Shown: positions 1 through 10,468 of the stretch, piece after piece
Numbering within the stretch: position 1 is the stretch's first letter
Layout: every line of letters begins with the position of its first letter
From: Nitrospirota bacterium
GTDB lineage: Bacteria > Nitrospirota > UBA9217
Assembly: GCA_963796285.1 (NCBI GenBank)
Contig: CAWCKW010000012.1
Location: 1,991,635-2,055,634 of the forward strand
Length of the DNA: 64,000 bases
Direction of reading: 5' to 3'
Notes under the pieces: generated by a model
Seen by the model: only the letters and a program-made list of their open reading frames with translations
Database searches by the model: none
Told to the model about the DNA's origin: nothing
Program-made: the position numbers and the translations under genes

Positions 1-130
1 CGTAATCCACGCGAAAGAAATCCGAGGTGTCCTTGATCCTCACGCGTTTCGGCACGCGCTCGCGCGGGACCCACTGCCGGATCATGCGCAGGAGTTCTTT
101 CTCCCTGTACCCGTCACTGCCGGTAAGCAT
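1..130 (-). CDS. N-terminal part of a CDS running off the window edge (MLTGSDGYREKELLRMIRQWVPRERVPKRVRIKDTSDFFRVDY...), possibly a kinase-like protein
   Basis: ATG at 130 with purine-rich RBS (GAGAAGAGGG); open to position 1; product guess is from memory only. Confidence 0.5.
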   Translation of the reverse strand, partial: MLTGSDGYREKELLRMIRQWVPRERVPKRVRIKDTSDFFRVDY

Positions 131-263
131 CCCTCTTCTCCTGAGTATGATTATACCAGAGATATTCAGCGATCAGCTCATAGCTGACAATATCCGGTCC
201 CCTATCAGCCCTTCGCACTGAGTGGAGACCTTTCGCCACGGGCCGCGCGTGCATAACTTCTGG

Positions 264-292
264 TTGTATCTAGTATTTTACTATGGTATAAT
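264..292 (+). promoter_or_regulatory. sigma70-like promoter TTGTAT-N17-TATAAT with extended -10 TG
   Basis: ttgtat 264-269, 17-nt spacer, tataat 287-292, upstream of the 390 CDS. Confidence 0.55.
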
Positions 293-389
293 AAGATGCT
301 TTTTTTGCTGTTGCCAATAAAAAGAGCAGCGTAATTTTACTGCGCATTCTGTTCTTCTGGCCGTATTTTTTAAAAGCAGAGGGGGCGAT

Positions 390-1493
390 TTGAAATCTCA
401 TTTAATGCTGAAACCGCTCACAATCAAGGGCAAAACAATCAAAGTACCCATCGTTCAGGGCGGGATGGGGGTCGGGGTATCGCTGTCTCCGCTTGCAAAG
501 GCGGTCGCGCGGGAAGGCGGCCTCGGCATTATATCCAGCGCCTGTGTGGACCGGATCGTCTCTAAAAGAACAGGTAAAAAGAAGAATATCTATGAAGCCG
601 TCTATGAAGAGGTTTCTCTCTCCAAAGTCAAAGGTGGCTTCGCGGGAATAAATATTATGACCGCCCTTGGCAGGGACTACATTGCTTCGGTGAAAGGCGC
701 CCTCGATGCCGGTGCCGATGCCATCATCTCCGGTGCCGGCCTGCCGCTCAATCTGCCGGCTATCCAGCCGCCGAAGGATACCGCACTGATCCCGATCGTT
801 TCGTCCGCGCGTGCGCTTGATATCATCTGCAAAAAATGGGAAAAACTGGGATATCGACCCGATGCGGTAGTACTCGAAGGGCCCCTTGCGGGCGGACACC
901 TTGGCTTTCGAATCGACCAGGTTGACCTTGACTCCAACAAGCTTGAAAACCTGCTGCCGCCGGTCAAGGATATGGCAAAAAAATTCGGCGATATGCCCGT
1001 CATTGTTGCCGGCGGGATCTATACCCATGCTGATATACTGAAATTCATGGACATGGGAGCGGATGGGGTCCAGATGGGAACCCGCTTCCTTGCCACCGAG
1101 GAGAGCAGCGCCTCGGAAGCCTATAAGCAGGCGGTCGTTTCGGCAAGGGAAGAGGACATCGTCGTGGCGCACCGTCCGGGATCTCCCTGCGGCCTGCCGT
1201 TCCGCGTGATCAAACAATCCCCCATGTATGTCTCGTCACTTCAGCGGAAGCGGACACCCAAGTGTGACAAGGGTTACGTACTCATGAAGGACGCCGAGGG
1301 GAAGTATACGGTCTGCCCCGCAAAAGAGGACAACGAGAACTATTTCTGCATCTGTAACGGGCTCTTGAGCTCGTCCGGGTACAATTCGGACGAGGAAGAA
1401 GCGCTGTACACGGTAGGCACGAACGCCTCACGGGTTGACAAGATCATATCTGTTAAGACGTTGATGGATGAGTTGACTGGCACGGAAGGGTAG
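390..1493 (+). CDS. nitronate monooxygenase / FabK-like FMN-dependent oxidoreductase
   Basis: PIVQGGMGVGVS, GAGLP, EGPLAGGHLG, AGGI, GVQMGTRF motifs. Confidence 0.88.
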   Translation: MKSHLMLKPLTIKGKTIKVPIVQGGMGVGVSLSPLAKAVAREGGLGIISSACVDRIVSKRTGKKKNIYEAVYEEVSLSKVKGGFAGINIMTALGRDYIASVKGALDAGADAIISGAGLPLNLPAIQPPKDTALIPIVSSARALDIICKKWEKLGYRPDAVVLEGPLAGGHLGFRIDQVDLDSNKLENLLPPVKDMAKKFGDMPVIVAGGIYTHADILKFMDMGADGVQMGTRFLATEESSASEAYKQAVVSAREEDIVVAHRPGSPCGLPFRVIKQSPMYVSSLQRKRTPKCDKGYVLMKDAEGKYTVCPAKEDNENYFCICNGLLSSSGYNSDEEEALYTVGTNASRVDKIISVKTLMDELTGTEG

Positions 1494-1668
1494 ATACGGG
1501 ATTCAGCATAAGGCCCTTTCCATCGCGGCTGATGTGGATCGCCTTGGGAGCAGGGCCTTCCCGGTTGTAAACTTTTTATTCGTATCAGGCTATTTGATGT
1601 TTTACCAGGATGCAGCTCGCTTCACAAGCACGGCAATGCAGCGTTGACGTTAAATTCCGGGATTGAGA

Positions 1669-2154
1669 TTATCCTTCCACGATACTGCGTTCTTCCCACA
1701 TGAACCAGTTCCCGGTGTTTGCAAGGAATTGGTAGGTATTCGCGAAAATGTCATAGTGCTGCTGTTCCTCATGAATAAGCTGTTCGAGCAGTGCCCGCTC
1801 TTTTTCCTTCTTTGATCCAGCCAGGGTTTTTCTGTAGAATTCCAAACCCTCTTTCTCCATCTTCATGGCTATCTTGAATGCCTCGAGATCGTCAGCCGTA
1901 GCCGCGATCTTCTTCATCATCTCGTCCTTCATGGACTCAAACACTGTTTTCACGTTTTTCATCGGGCTCGTGTCTTTGTGTGTTATGTTCAATCCCTTGA
2001 TGATCTGCGATACCATTTCCAGGTGCTTTTTTTCGTCCTCGGTTATGGTTTGAAACATTTTTTTCCCGGCGGGGGATGTTGTCTTCCGTGCCGCCTCGGT
2101 GTAAAAAGCTATTGCGTCCTTCTCCATCTTCATTGCCAATTCAAGGGCGTCCAT
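1669..2154 (-). CDS. rubrerythrin/ferritin-like di-iron protein
   Basis: two AMKMEKxxxxFY...ExxH repeats (DEKKH, EEQQH); GGAGG RBS. Confidence 0.85.
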   Translation of the reverse strand: MDALELAMKMEKDAIAFYTEAARKTTSPAGKKMFQTITEDEKKHLEMVSQIIKGLNITHKDTSPMKNVKTVFESMKDEMMKKIAATADDLEAFKIAMKMEKEGLEFYRKTLAGSKKEKERALLEQLIHEEQQHYDIFANTYQFLANTGNWFMWEERSIVEG

Positions 2155-2339
2155 GGTGCCTCCTTCATCAATCAGAAGTTTTATTCGGATAAATCATTTC
2201 TGCCGACAATTATAGCATAACTCCTGTGCGGCGATGAGAGACGGGGAAAATAAAATGCCGTGTTTCCCCTCCTCCCCAAAACCTGAAAAGACGCCGCGGT
2301 ACCCGGGGCCGGAAGGGCATCTCTTTGCTCAAAACCGCA

Positions 2340-2720
2340 CTAGTGAGCGCAGGTACCACCGTGGCTGTGCCCGCCGCAGCACCCTTGGAGCGTAAATTCA
2401 GTAAGCGACTGTGATGCGAATAGCGCGATGTTTTCTTTGATGGTCTGTGACTGCGCACGGTAGACCTTGATGCCGCTTTGGCTCAACTTGCCCAGGGCCC
2501 CCGCTCCTATACCGCCGACAACCACGGCGTCGATCGTCTGGCTGTCGAGCGCCTGGAGAGGATTGCATGCTCCATGCGCATGATATTGGTCCCTGTTCTT
2601 GATCATGCCAACAACGCTCGTTTCCGTATCCACGACGACAAACGCAGGCGCTGATCCGAAGTGGTTATATACCTTGCTTTCAATACCCTCATCCTGGTGG
2701 ACGGGAAAACATACTCTCAT
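2340..2720 (-). CDS. NifB/NifX-family (FeMo-co biosynthesis-like) protein
   Basis: HFGSAPAF, GGIGAGA, His/Cys-rich C-terminus; start MRVCFPV with GGAGG RBS. Confidence 0.85.
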   Translation of the reverse strand: MRVCFPVHQDEGIESKVYNHFGSAPAFVVVDTETSVVGMIKNRDQYHAHGACNPLQALDSQTIDAVVVGGIGAGALGKLSQSGIKVYRAQSQTIKENIALFASQSLTEFTLQGCCGGHSHGGTCAH

Positions 2721-2820
2721 GCGGTAACCTCCTGGACCTGGTGTGTATCGTATACGCGCCCGGGACAACTGCCGGGCGAACGGTGATAATGCTATTTGCG
2801 GGGAATGGACGCCGTGCCTG

Positions 2821-3936
2821 TTACGTCTTCGCCTTGTCCCCGAACACTTCCTTCACCTTGTCGAAAAACCCTTTCGTGATCGGCGTTGCGTTCTCGCCGT
2901 TCAGACGGTCAAACTCCTGGAGCAGTTCTTTCTGTTTTGTCGTAAGCTTGGTCGGCACCTCGACAATGAGCCGGCAAAGCTGGTCGCCGCTGCCGGAGCC
3001 CCGAAGATTCGGAAATCCCTTGCCGCGCAGTCTGAATACGTGGCCTGGCTGGGTACCGGCGGAAATTCTGAGCTTCGAACTCCCGGTGAGCGTCGGCACT
3101 TCGATCTCCGTACCGAGCGTTGCCTGGACAATGCTGATCGGTACTTCACAAATGATATCCTGGCCTTCCCGCTTGAACAGCGGATGCTCCTCCACCATAA
3201 GATAGACGTAGAGGTCTCCTGACGGTCCGCCGAACGAACCAAGCTCGCCTTCGCCGGTCAGACGGATGGTGTTGCCTGTCTCCACGCCGGCCGGTATCTT
3301 GACCGACAACGTACGGTCCCGCTCGACACGTTTCTTGCCCTTGCACGCGGGACAGGGGTCGGTGATCGTCTTACCCTCGCCTCCACAGCGTGAACAGGTA
3401 CGACTGACACTGAAAAACCCCTGCTGCATGCGAATCTGGCCCGCTCCCTTGCATACCGTACAGGTCACGATGCCGTCCTTGGATTTCGCCCCCAGTCCAT
3501 CGCAATCAGGACAGCGCTCCCAGCGCGGGACCCGGATCTTAGTCGTCGTGCCGAAGGCCGCTTCTTCGAAGCTGATCTTTAGGTTGTACCGGAGGTCATC
3601 ACCGGCCGTCGCCCGGGACCTGCCGCGGCCGCCGCCGAAAAACTCTTCGAAGATATCTCCGAAGATGTCGCCCATGCCGGCGCTTGCGCCGAATCCGCCG
3701 GGACCCGCACCTGATGCACCTGGCGCCGTGCCGTACTGGTCATAGTACGTCCGCTTCTGGGCATCCGACAGGACCGAATACGCCTCGCTGATCTCCTTGA
3801 ACTTTTCTTCCGAGGCTTTGTCCCCGGGGTTTTTGTCAGGGTGGTGCTCGTGGGCGAGTTTCCGGTAAGCGCGCTTGAGATCGGCATCGGTCGCGTTCCT
3901 ATGGACCCCGAGCAGTTCGTAATAATCCTTGGCCAT
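2821..3936 (-). CDS. dnaJ: chaperone DnaJ
   Basis: J domain with HPD, G/F-rich region, four CxxCxGxG-type repeats. Confidence 0.97.
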   Translation of the reverse strand: MAKDYYELLGVHRNATDADLKRAYRKLAHEHHPDKNPGDKASEEKFKEISEAYSVLSDAQKRTYYDQYGTAPGASGAGPGGFGASAGMGDIFGDIFEEFFGGGRGRSRATAGDDLRYNLKISFEEAAFGTTTKIRVPRWERCPDCDGLGAKSKDGIVTCTVCKGAGQIRMQQGFFSVSRTCSRCGGEGKTITDPCPACKGKKRVERDRTLSVKIPAGVETGNTIRLTGEGELGSFGGPSGDLYVYLMVEEHPLFKREGQDIICEVPISIVQATLGTEIEVPTLTGSSKLRISAGTQPGHVFRLRGKGFPNLRGSGSGDQLCRLIVEVPTKLTTKQKELLQEFDRLNGENATPITKGFFDKVKEVFGDKAKT

Positions 3937-4043
3937 ATCGTCCTTTGTCTAGGAAATAAATAGCAGCAACATACGTTCTTTACACAAAAAAGAGGACAGC
4001 AGGTAGTTCTTTTCCCCCGCCATCCTCTTGAAAGTGATATCTG

Positions 4044-5966
4044 TTATTTCTTGTCCTTATCTACTTCCTCAAACTCCGCATCAACGACCTTTTCCTCCGG
4101 CTTCTTGGCCTCTCCGCCCGGAGCTTCTCCGGGGGCAGCGCCTGCTCCCGCCTGGTCCTTGCCCATCTTGGAGTAGACCTCCTCGGCAAGCTTGTGCGAT
4201 GCCTTGGAAAGCTCTGCCACGGCCTTTTTGATGGCCTCGACATCGGCGCCATCCTTCACGCTCTTGGCCTGCTCAAGCGCTTTCTGGATCTCGGCGCGTT
4301 CCGCGTCGGTGAGCTTCGAGCCATAGTCGGCCACGGATTTTTCAACCGAGTAGATGAGCGTGTCAATCTCGTTCTTCGCCTCGGCCACTTCCCTCTTTTT
4401 CTTATCCTCAGCAGAGTGGGCCTCTGCGTCCTTTACCGCCTTTTCGATCTCGTCCTTGCTCAGTCCGCTTGATGCCGTGATCTTGATGGACTGCTCCCTG
4501 CCCGTACCGAGGTCCTTGGCCATGACATGCACAATACCGTTTGCATCGATATCGAAGGTAACCTCGACCTGCGGGATACCGCGCGGTGCCGGCGGGATGC
4601 CGACAAGTTCGAAGCGGCCCATGGTCTTGTTGTCCGACGCCATCTCGCGCTCGCCCTGAAGCACGTGGATCGAGACCGCGGTCTGGTTGTCCGACGCCGT
4701 GGAAAACACCTGGCTCTTCTTGGTCGGGATCGTGGTGTTGCGCTCGATGAGCCGGGTCGTCACGCTTCCCAGTGTTTCGATGCCCAGGGACAGTGGTGTT
4801 ACGTCAAGGAGCAGGACGTCCTTCACCTGACCAGTGAGGACCGCTCCCTGAATTGCGGCGCCGATGGCAACCACCTCGTCCGGATTCACTCCGCGGTGCG
4901 GCTCTTTTTTGAAAAATTCTTTTACCGCTGCGATCACCTTGGGCGTGCGGGTCTGGCCGCCGACCAAGACCGCTTCATTGATCTGTTCCACCGTCTTCCC
5001 TGCGTCGGAAAGCGCCTTCTTGCATGGCTCAATGCTCTTCGCGATGAGATCGCCGACGATCTGTTCGAATTTCGCGCGTGAAAACTTAAAGAGCAGGTGC
5101 TTGGGACCGCTTGCGTCCGCGGTGATAAAAGGAAGGTTGATCTCCGTCTCCATGACCGTGGACAGCTCGCACTTGGCCTTTTCCGCTGCCTCCTTGAGCC
5201 GCTGGAGCGCCATTTTGTCCTTGCTGAGATCGATTCCCTGGTCCTTCTTAAACTCGTCGGCCAGCCACCGGATGATGCGGTCATCGAAGTCGTCTCCGCC
5301 AAGGAACGTGTCTCCGTTCGTGGACTTCACCTCGAAGACGCCCTCACCGAGCTCGAGGATCGAGATATCGAAGGTACCGCCGCCCAGGTCGTACACCGCG
5401 ATGGTCTCGTCCTTCTTCTTATCGAGACCATAGGCGAGTGAAGCGGCCGTAGGCTCGTTGATGATCCGGAGCACATTCAGCCCTGCGATCAATCCCGCAT
5501 CCTTTGTGGCTTGCCGCTGGCTATCGTTAAAATACGCGGGCACCGTTATGACCGCATCGGTCACCTTCTCGCCCAAGTAGTCCTCGGCGGTCTGCCTCAT
5601 CTTCTGCAGGATCATGGCCGAAACCTCGGCCGGGCTGTAGACCTTGCCGCGGATCTCCACGTGGGCGTCGCCGTTGTCCGCCTTCACGATCTTGTAGGGC
5701 AGGTGTTTCTTCGCCTCGCTGACTTCCGTCGTATCGTATTTTCTGCCGATAAGACGCTTGATCGAATAGATCGTGTTGTCCGGGTTCGTGATCGATTGCC
5801 GTTTTGCTATCTGGCCCACGAGCCGCTCTCCGCTCTCGGTAATGGCCACCACGGACGGTGTGGTCCTGCTCCCTTCAGAGTTCGGGATCACGACCGGCTC
5901 GCCGCCTTCCATGATCGCGACGCATGAATTGGTCGTGCCCAGGTCAATTCCTATAACTTTTCCCAT
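4044..5966 (-). CDS. dnaK: chaperone DnaK (Hsp70)
   Basis: [33 protein letters not shown]-terminus. Confidence 0.99.
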   Translation of the reverse strand: MGKVIGIDLGTTNSCVAIMEGGEPVVIPNSEGSRTTPSVVAITESGERLVGQIAKRQSITNPDNTIYSIKRLIGRKYDTTEVSEAKKHLPYKIVKADNGDAHVEIRGKVYSPAEVSAMILQKMRQTAEDYLGEKVTDAVITVPAYFNDSQRQATKDAGLIAGLNVLRIINEPTAASLAYGLDKKKDETIAVYDLGGGTFDISILELGEGVFEVKSTNGDTFLGGDDFDDRIIRWLADEFKKDQGIDLSKDKMALQRLKEAAEKAKCELSTVMETEINLPFITADASGPKHLLFKFSRAKFEQIVGDLIAKSIEPCKKALSDAGKTVEQINEAVLVGGQTRTPKVIAAVKEFFKKEPHRGVNPDEVVAIGAAIQGAVLTGQVKDVLLLDVTPLSLGIETLGSVTTRLIERNTTIPTKKSQVFSTASDNQTAVSIHVLQGEREMASDNKTMGRFELVGIPPAPRGIPQVEVTFDIDANGIVHVMAKDLGTGREQSIKITASSGLSKDEIEKAVKDAEAHSAEDKKKREVAEAKNEIDTLIYSVEKSVADYGSKLTDAERAEIQKALEQAKSVKDGADVEAIKKAVAELSKASHKLAEEVYSKMGKDQAGAGAAPGEAPGGEAKKPEEKVVDAEFEEVDKDKK

Positions 5967-6067
5967 ATTAGCCTCCTTGAATTTTCATTGTTGAAAAAGA
6001 TCAAACGCAGAATCGGAGATGCGCCGTTGTTTCAATGCCCCGATTCAGCGGTCACTCGTTCATTGCT

Positions 6068-6652
6068 TCATGATTCATCGATACGTTCTTCTCGATGCTC
6101 ACCATCCTGCTTCTTCGATACTCCCACCTTCGCATGGCGCAAAACCTTCTCGTGATACAGATACCCGTCCTGCATCACCTGCACCACCGTGTTCTCCGGG
6201 ACCTCGTCAGTAATTACCTGCATCATCGCGTCGTGCTGTGCCGGATCGAAGGGCTCTCCCGCGGCGCCAAACTGCTTGACACCGAACTTTTCAAGCACTT
6301 CGCGGAGTTGCTTGTATACCAGTTCCACGCCCTCGCGCATGCCCTGCGCGGTCTCGCCCGACTCTCCCGCATGCTTGAGCGCGAGCCCCAGATGATCGAC
6401 GACGGTCAGAAGCTCCAACGCAAACTGCTCATTAGCATATTTGCGGAAATCGGCAAGGTCACGCTGTATTCGCTTGCGATAATTCTCAAAATCGGCATAC
6501 GTCCGGAGGTACTTTTCATTCGCTTCCGCTGCCTCTCTGGTCTTTTGTTCGAGCTCCCGTGAAAGCTTCTCGAGCTGCGCGTTTGGCGCCGCAGGCTGAG
6601 CTTCCTGCTCATCGACGTCCTCTTCCCGTATGTCATTAAACTCGCTCGTCAT
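6068..6652 (-). CDS. grpE: nucleotide exchange factor GrpE
   Basis: ADFENYRKR, GEPFDPAQHDA, GY..HEKVLRHAKVGV; operon position. Confidence 0.96.
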   Translation of the reverse strand: MTSEFNDIREEDVDEQEAQPAAPNAQLEKLSRELEQKTREAAEANEKYLRTYADFENYRKRIQRDLADFRKYANEQFALELLTVVDHLGLALKHAGESGETAQGMREGVELVYKQLREVLEKFGVKQFGAAGEPFDPAQHDAMMQVITDEVPENTVVQVMQDGYLYHEKVLRHAKVGVSKKQDGEHREERIDES

Positions 6653-7695
6653 CGTTCAATACCCCTCTGAAACCGTTCCCCCAAAAGCTTTGAAAGCATC
6701 TTTGATGTATAGTCAACCACCTGAATAGCCTGTTTATACTGCATCCGCGTGGGTCCGATCACCCCGAGCGTGCCCACGACGTTTGTGCCCGCCTTGTAGC
6801 TGCTCACCACCATACTGCAGCCCTGCATCTCGAAGTAAGAGTTTTCGGACCCGATGAAGACCTTGATGCCGTCCGCCGCCACGCTCCGGTCAAGGACCCG
6901 GAGCAGTTTGTATTTGTCTTCAAAGGCCTTGAACAGCGCCCTCATCTTTTCAACAGTCGCAAACTCGGGGTTCTCGAACATCGAGGAAGCCCCGCCGATA
7001 TACACCCTCTCGTTCTCACGGTCCTGGACCTCCTGGCTGGCCTTGCAGGTCTCGTCCATGAGCTGAGCAAAAATGAGTTTCTCTTCCCGCATCTTCTCGA
7101 TCAGGCGCTGTCTGATCTCTGTCAACGTCCAGCGCTCGAGCTCGTCAACGAGGTAGGCACTGAACTGGTTCAGGTCCTGCTGCCGGATGCTTTCATCGAG
7201 TTCGATCAGCTTGTTCTGAACGATCCCCGTTTCGGTCACGAAGATAATGAGCACCTGGCTTCCGCGCAAACGCACAAACTCGATATGCCGGTACTTTGCC
7301 TCGGGCTCGGATGGTGCAACCACCACCCCGGCGCATTGTGAGAGCGACGCAAGGAACCGGCTAGCTTCCTCCATGAGTTCATGGAGGTCATCGCCATGCA
7401 GCGGCGGCGCCTGCCGGAATTGGTCTCCGAAGTCGTCCGCATCCTTCTCGATACTGATCAGGCTGTCAATATAGTACCGGTATCCGAGGTCCGTGGGAAT
7501 CCTGCCGGCAGAGGTGTGTGGATGGGTCAGATACCCCAGCTCCTCAAGCTCTGCCATGATATTTCGGAGCGTGGCGGAACTGACGCCGAAATCGTATCTC
7601 TTGACCAACACCGTTGAGCCGATCGGCGCACCGCTGGCAATATAACTGTCAATGACGGCCTGCAAAACCCTCTTATTTCTTTCGTGCAGCTCCAT
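6649..7695 (-). CDS. hrcA: heat-inducible transcription repressor HrcA
   Basis: SSATLRNIMAELEELGYL, HTSAGRIPTDLGYRYY, GVIGPTRM. Confidence 0.97.
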   Translation of the reverse strand: MELHERNKRVLQAVIDSYIASGAPIGSTVLVKRYDFGVSSATLRNIMAELEELGYLTHPHTSAGRIPTDLGYRYYIDSLISIEKDADDFGDQFRQAPPLHGDDLHELMEEASRFLASLSQCAGVVVAPSEPEAKYRHIEFVRLRGSQVLIIFVTETGIVQNKLIELDESIRQQDLNQFSAYLVDELERWTLTEIRQRLIEKMREEKLIFAQLMDETCKASQEVQDRENERVYIGGASSMFENPEFATVEKMRALFKAFEDKYKLLRVLDRSVAADGIKVFIGSENSYFEMQGCSMVVSSYKAGTNVVGTLGVIGPTRMQYKQAIQVVDYTSKMLSKLLGERFQRGIER

Positions 7696-7732
7696 GCAGA
7701 ATCTGCCCTTTTATGATATCATCAAGCGTGTG

Positions 7733-7759
7733 TTAGCACTCGCCATGATAGAGTGCTAA
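7733..7759. promoter_or_regulatory. CIRCE operator upstream of hrcA
   Basis: exact TTAGCACTC-N9-GAGTGCTAA. Confidence 0.97.
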
Positions 7760-7760
7760 C

Positions 7761-7789
7761 AATTTAACACATGGCCTGTTTTGTGTCAA
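7761..7789 (-). promoter_or_regulatory. sigma70 promoter of the hrcA operon, TTGACA-N17-TAAATT
   Basis: tgtcaa 7784-7789 and aattta 7761-7766 on +; CIRCE lies immediately downstream, across the predicted start site. Confidence 0.8.
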
Positions 7790-7935
7790 GCGGTTATTTT
7801 TCCTTCATTACAGGGAACAGTTCAATTCCTTCCCTTATCATGCCGTAAAACCGGTAAAAAAATCCCGCATACATCGCGGGATTCAAGTGCCCTTTTAAAG
7901 AGCAGGGCAGGTAAAACAAGCTTTCAAAGCACTCC

Positions 7936-8451
7936 TTATGCAGCTTTCTTCGCTTCGGTCTCGATCAGCTTTTTCTCTTCCTTCGCAGCCTCGATCTCGA
8001 TCTTCCTCGCCTTGGTAACTGCCGGTGCCGGCATGGTGATCTCGAGGATACCGTTTGTGAATTTCGCCTTCAGTTCATCGGTCTTGACACCCTCAGGCAG
8101 AACAAAACGCCGCTCAAATGAACCATAGTCGATCTCCCGGTAGGTGTAATTCTCTTCCTTCGTGGCTTTCTCCGCCTTCCGGGCGCCCTTAATGACAAGT
8201 TCCCGATCGGCGATACTGACATCCACGTCCTTGACATCTATACCGGGAAGTTCCGCCCTGAATACAAGCTGACCTTCTTTTGTATAGCTTTCTACTGAAG
8301 GCATCCACAGCGTCCTTCGTTCAGTCGGCACATCCGCTCCGAGGAATCGGTTAAATAACCCGTCCATCTCATGCTGCATCGAACGGAGCTCTTCAAATGG
8401 ATCCCATCGCGTCATCAGCCGGAAAGGATCCCAACGAGTCAGGCTTTTCAT
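7936..8451 (-). CDS. Hsp20/alpha-crystallin small heat-shock protein
   Basis: WDPF motifs, AELPGI, YGSFERRFVLP, NGILEITMP; start MKSLTRW with AGGAGG RBS. Confidence 0.93.
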   Translation of the reverse strand: MKSLTRWDPFRLMTRWDPFEELRSMQHEMDGLFNRFLGADVPTERRTLWMPSVESYTKEGQLVFRAELPGIDVKDVDVSIADRELVIKGARKAEKATKEENYTYREIDYGSFERRFVLPEGVKTDELKAKFTNGILEITMPAPAVTKARKIEIEAAKEEKKLIETEAKKAA

Positions 8452-8654
8452 AGAAATCCCTCCTTTTTTTTCGACCTCCACACCGGGCATCTTTTTCCCG
8501 GCCTCGTCTCATATCTCTGTATTGGCCGCGACTGTCCATACTATCTGATGCCCGATACATAATTCTCTGTGGAGATCTTAAGTTAATGCATACCGCACAC
8601 TTCTCCGCGACCGCCTTTCATCTCCTCAGCTACGGTCTCCTTACTTACATCTAT

Positions 8655-8683
8655 ATCATATCACCACATTAGCACTCTGTCAA
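8655..8683 (-). promoter_or_regulatory. sigma70 promoter of hsp20, TTGACA-N17-TATGAT, with -35 inside the CIRCE spacer
   Basis: tgtcaa 8678-8683, atcata 8655-8660, 17-nt spacing. Confidence 0.8.
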
Positions 8684-8695
8684 GCAGAGTGCTAA
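8669..8695. promoter_or_regulatory. second CIRCE operator, upstream of hsp20
   Basis: exact TTAGCACTC-tgtcaagca-GAGTGCTAA. Confidence 0.97.
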
Positions 8696-8926
8696 TGCAT
8701 ATAACATATTGTTTATATTAATAATATAAAGCATACCTTGTGGCAAGGTTCGTTAAGATGTTGCCTGACTGCCATCGCACACCTGACCTTGCTTGATCGT
8801 AAAATAGCACGGAATCAATTACCGACAGGAGTGCCGGCGGCTTGATCCCGAATATCCGGACATCGTTTTGACCAAGGACCGGGCGTATAAGTACCTTTAA
8901 CACTAGTGGCCCTGAAGATCCTCGTA

Positions 8927-10420
8927 TCAGGGGAAGAGGGCGATCTGATCTTTTCGGAGAAGAGGAAAACTCTCTTCCGGGAAGTGGAAAACGTTTTTGA
9001 AGACCCGGTTCATCACAAAGACCAGCTGGCGGAATTTGTACGCGTCATGGTGCGAATCGCCCGTGCGTTCGGAGGTCCGCCAACTCTCCACGTCGGAGAT
9101 GCGCAGCTCGACCCCCAGCGTGTGCTGCTCGGTCTTCTTGACGACCTTGTCCCTGATTTCGTACAGCGGCGTGCCGGGGATCATGATCTCGTTCGTTCCC
9201 AGGGCGCGGTGTATCGGCAGGGAAAAAGCGATCTTGCACTGGAACTTTTTGTGTTCCCGGGAGGAATGGACGTTCTGCTCCGCGTTCTTGCCCAGCGCCC
9301 CATAGAAGGTCCTTGCGTGGTCAAGCAGCTGCTCCTCCCCGGGCATGGCATTGCCTCCCCCGCTCCGGGACAGGCTGATCATCAGCCTGCGTATCGCCTC
9401 TATCATGTCCTCCGGCCCGTTAAAGAGCGTCTGGGTAATTGAGTGCGAGGCAGTGTTCTCCTGCAGGATCACCCCCCGCTTCTGGAGAGCATGAAACAGC
9501 TTCAGCGTGTCATCGATGTTCGTGAGGATGAACGTGATCGCGAGGATGTCCCGAATATCGTAGGCCTCCCCTTCCACATTCTTGCCCAGCTTTATGACCA
9601 TGCTTTCCGGACTCTTGAGCCGCGCCTTGATCTCGGCAATGTCGACGTCCACGCCGTCACCGCTGTTGAAGACAAGGCATCCTTTCGCTCGGTCAAAGAC
9701 CAAGGACTCCCGCAATCGGTGAAAGAACGCGGAAAGCTTTACAAAGGCCCTCCGGGCAGGCTCATTGTCGGGGATGTGCGACGGTCGCTCCCAGTTGTAC
9801 TCATAGAGATCGTCGAGGCGCTGCCCCTGCTGTTCAAGAAAAAAGCCTAGTTGGACGTAATCGTTGATATCCTGACTGTCCCCCTCCACGGATTTTATCA
9901 GATGCACCGTCTTGAGGAGGCAGCAGGCAGCCTGCTGCCACGCCATGGGCACATCGAGCGATCGTCCCTGATACCCGGAGAAGACATGGGGATATTTCCG
10001 GGAGGAGGCAAGCAGAAAGAGGTGGCGGGGATCTTCGTCCACGATCCGTCGGAATGCAGGGTCCTGCAGCACTGCTTTCGCCCCGGTGAGAGCGTTCAGA
10101 CAGGTTCGGTAAAGCCCTGCGTTCGAAGACCGCAGCGCGGCGAGCCCTTCCAGCTGCTTCATGACAAAGGGGAAGAGCCCGTTGAAAATAGTGGCGTACG
10201 CGCGTTTGATGTAGTGCGACGCGCGCGCGCGTTCGCTCTCTCCCAGCTCGTCGCCGCCGAGCGTGTCGAAGCCGCGGTTGGCCATCATCCTGGTCGCCTG
10301 TTTGATGGCCGCGGCATAGTCCCGCGCGGGCAAGAGCAGAAAGGGCGTCATTTCGGTCCTGTCCAGTATCGAACCGAAGATCTCGTGATGCAGTTCCTGA
10401 TCAAGCGGCATGTCTTCCAT
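8927..10420 (-). CDS. divergent RelA/SpoT-like nucleotidyltransferase-domain protein (TIGR04552-like)
   Basis: ARLKSPESMVIKL, IRDILAITF, VELRISD, HHDAYKFRQ resemble RSH synthetase motifs; GAGGAG RBS before MEDMPL. Confidence 0.6.
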   Translation of the reverse strand: MEDMPLDQELHHEIFGSILDRTEMTPFLLLPARDYAAAIKQATRMMANRGFDTLGGDELGESERARASHYIKRAYATIFNGLFPFVMKQLEGLAALRSSNAGLYRTCLNALTGAKAVLQDPAFRRIVDEDPRHLFLLASSRKYPHVFSGYQGRSLDVPMAWQQAACCLLKTVHLIKSVEGDSQDINDYVQLGFFLEQQGQRLDDLYEYNWERPSHIPDNEPARRAFVKLSAFFHRLRESLVFDRAKGCLVFNSGDGVDVDIAEIKARLKSPESMVIKLGKNVEGEAYDIRDILAITFILTNIDDTLKLFHALQKRGVILQENTASHSITQTLFNGPEDMIEAIRRLMISLSRSGGGNAMPGEEQLLDHARTFYGALGKNAEQNVHSSREHKKFQCKIAFSLPIHRALGTNEIMIPGTPLYEIRDKVVKKTEQHTLGVELRISDVESWRTSERTGDSHHDAYKFRQLVFVMNRVFKNVFHFPEESFPLLRKDQIALFP

Positions 10421-10468
10421 GACGGACACTCCTCGAACGCCCCCCGCTTGCGATCTCATGTCCTGCGG

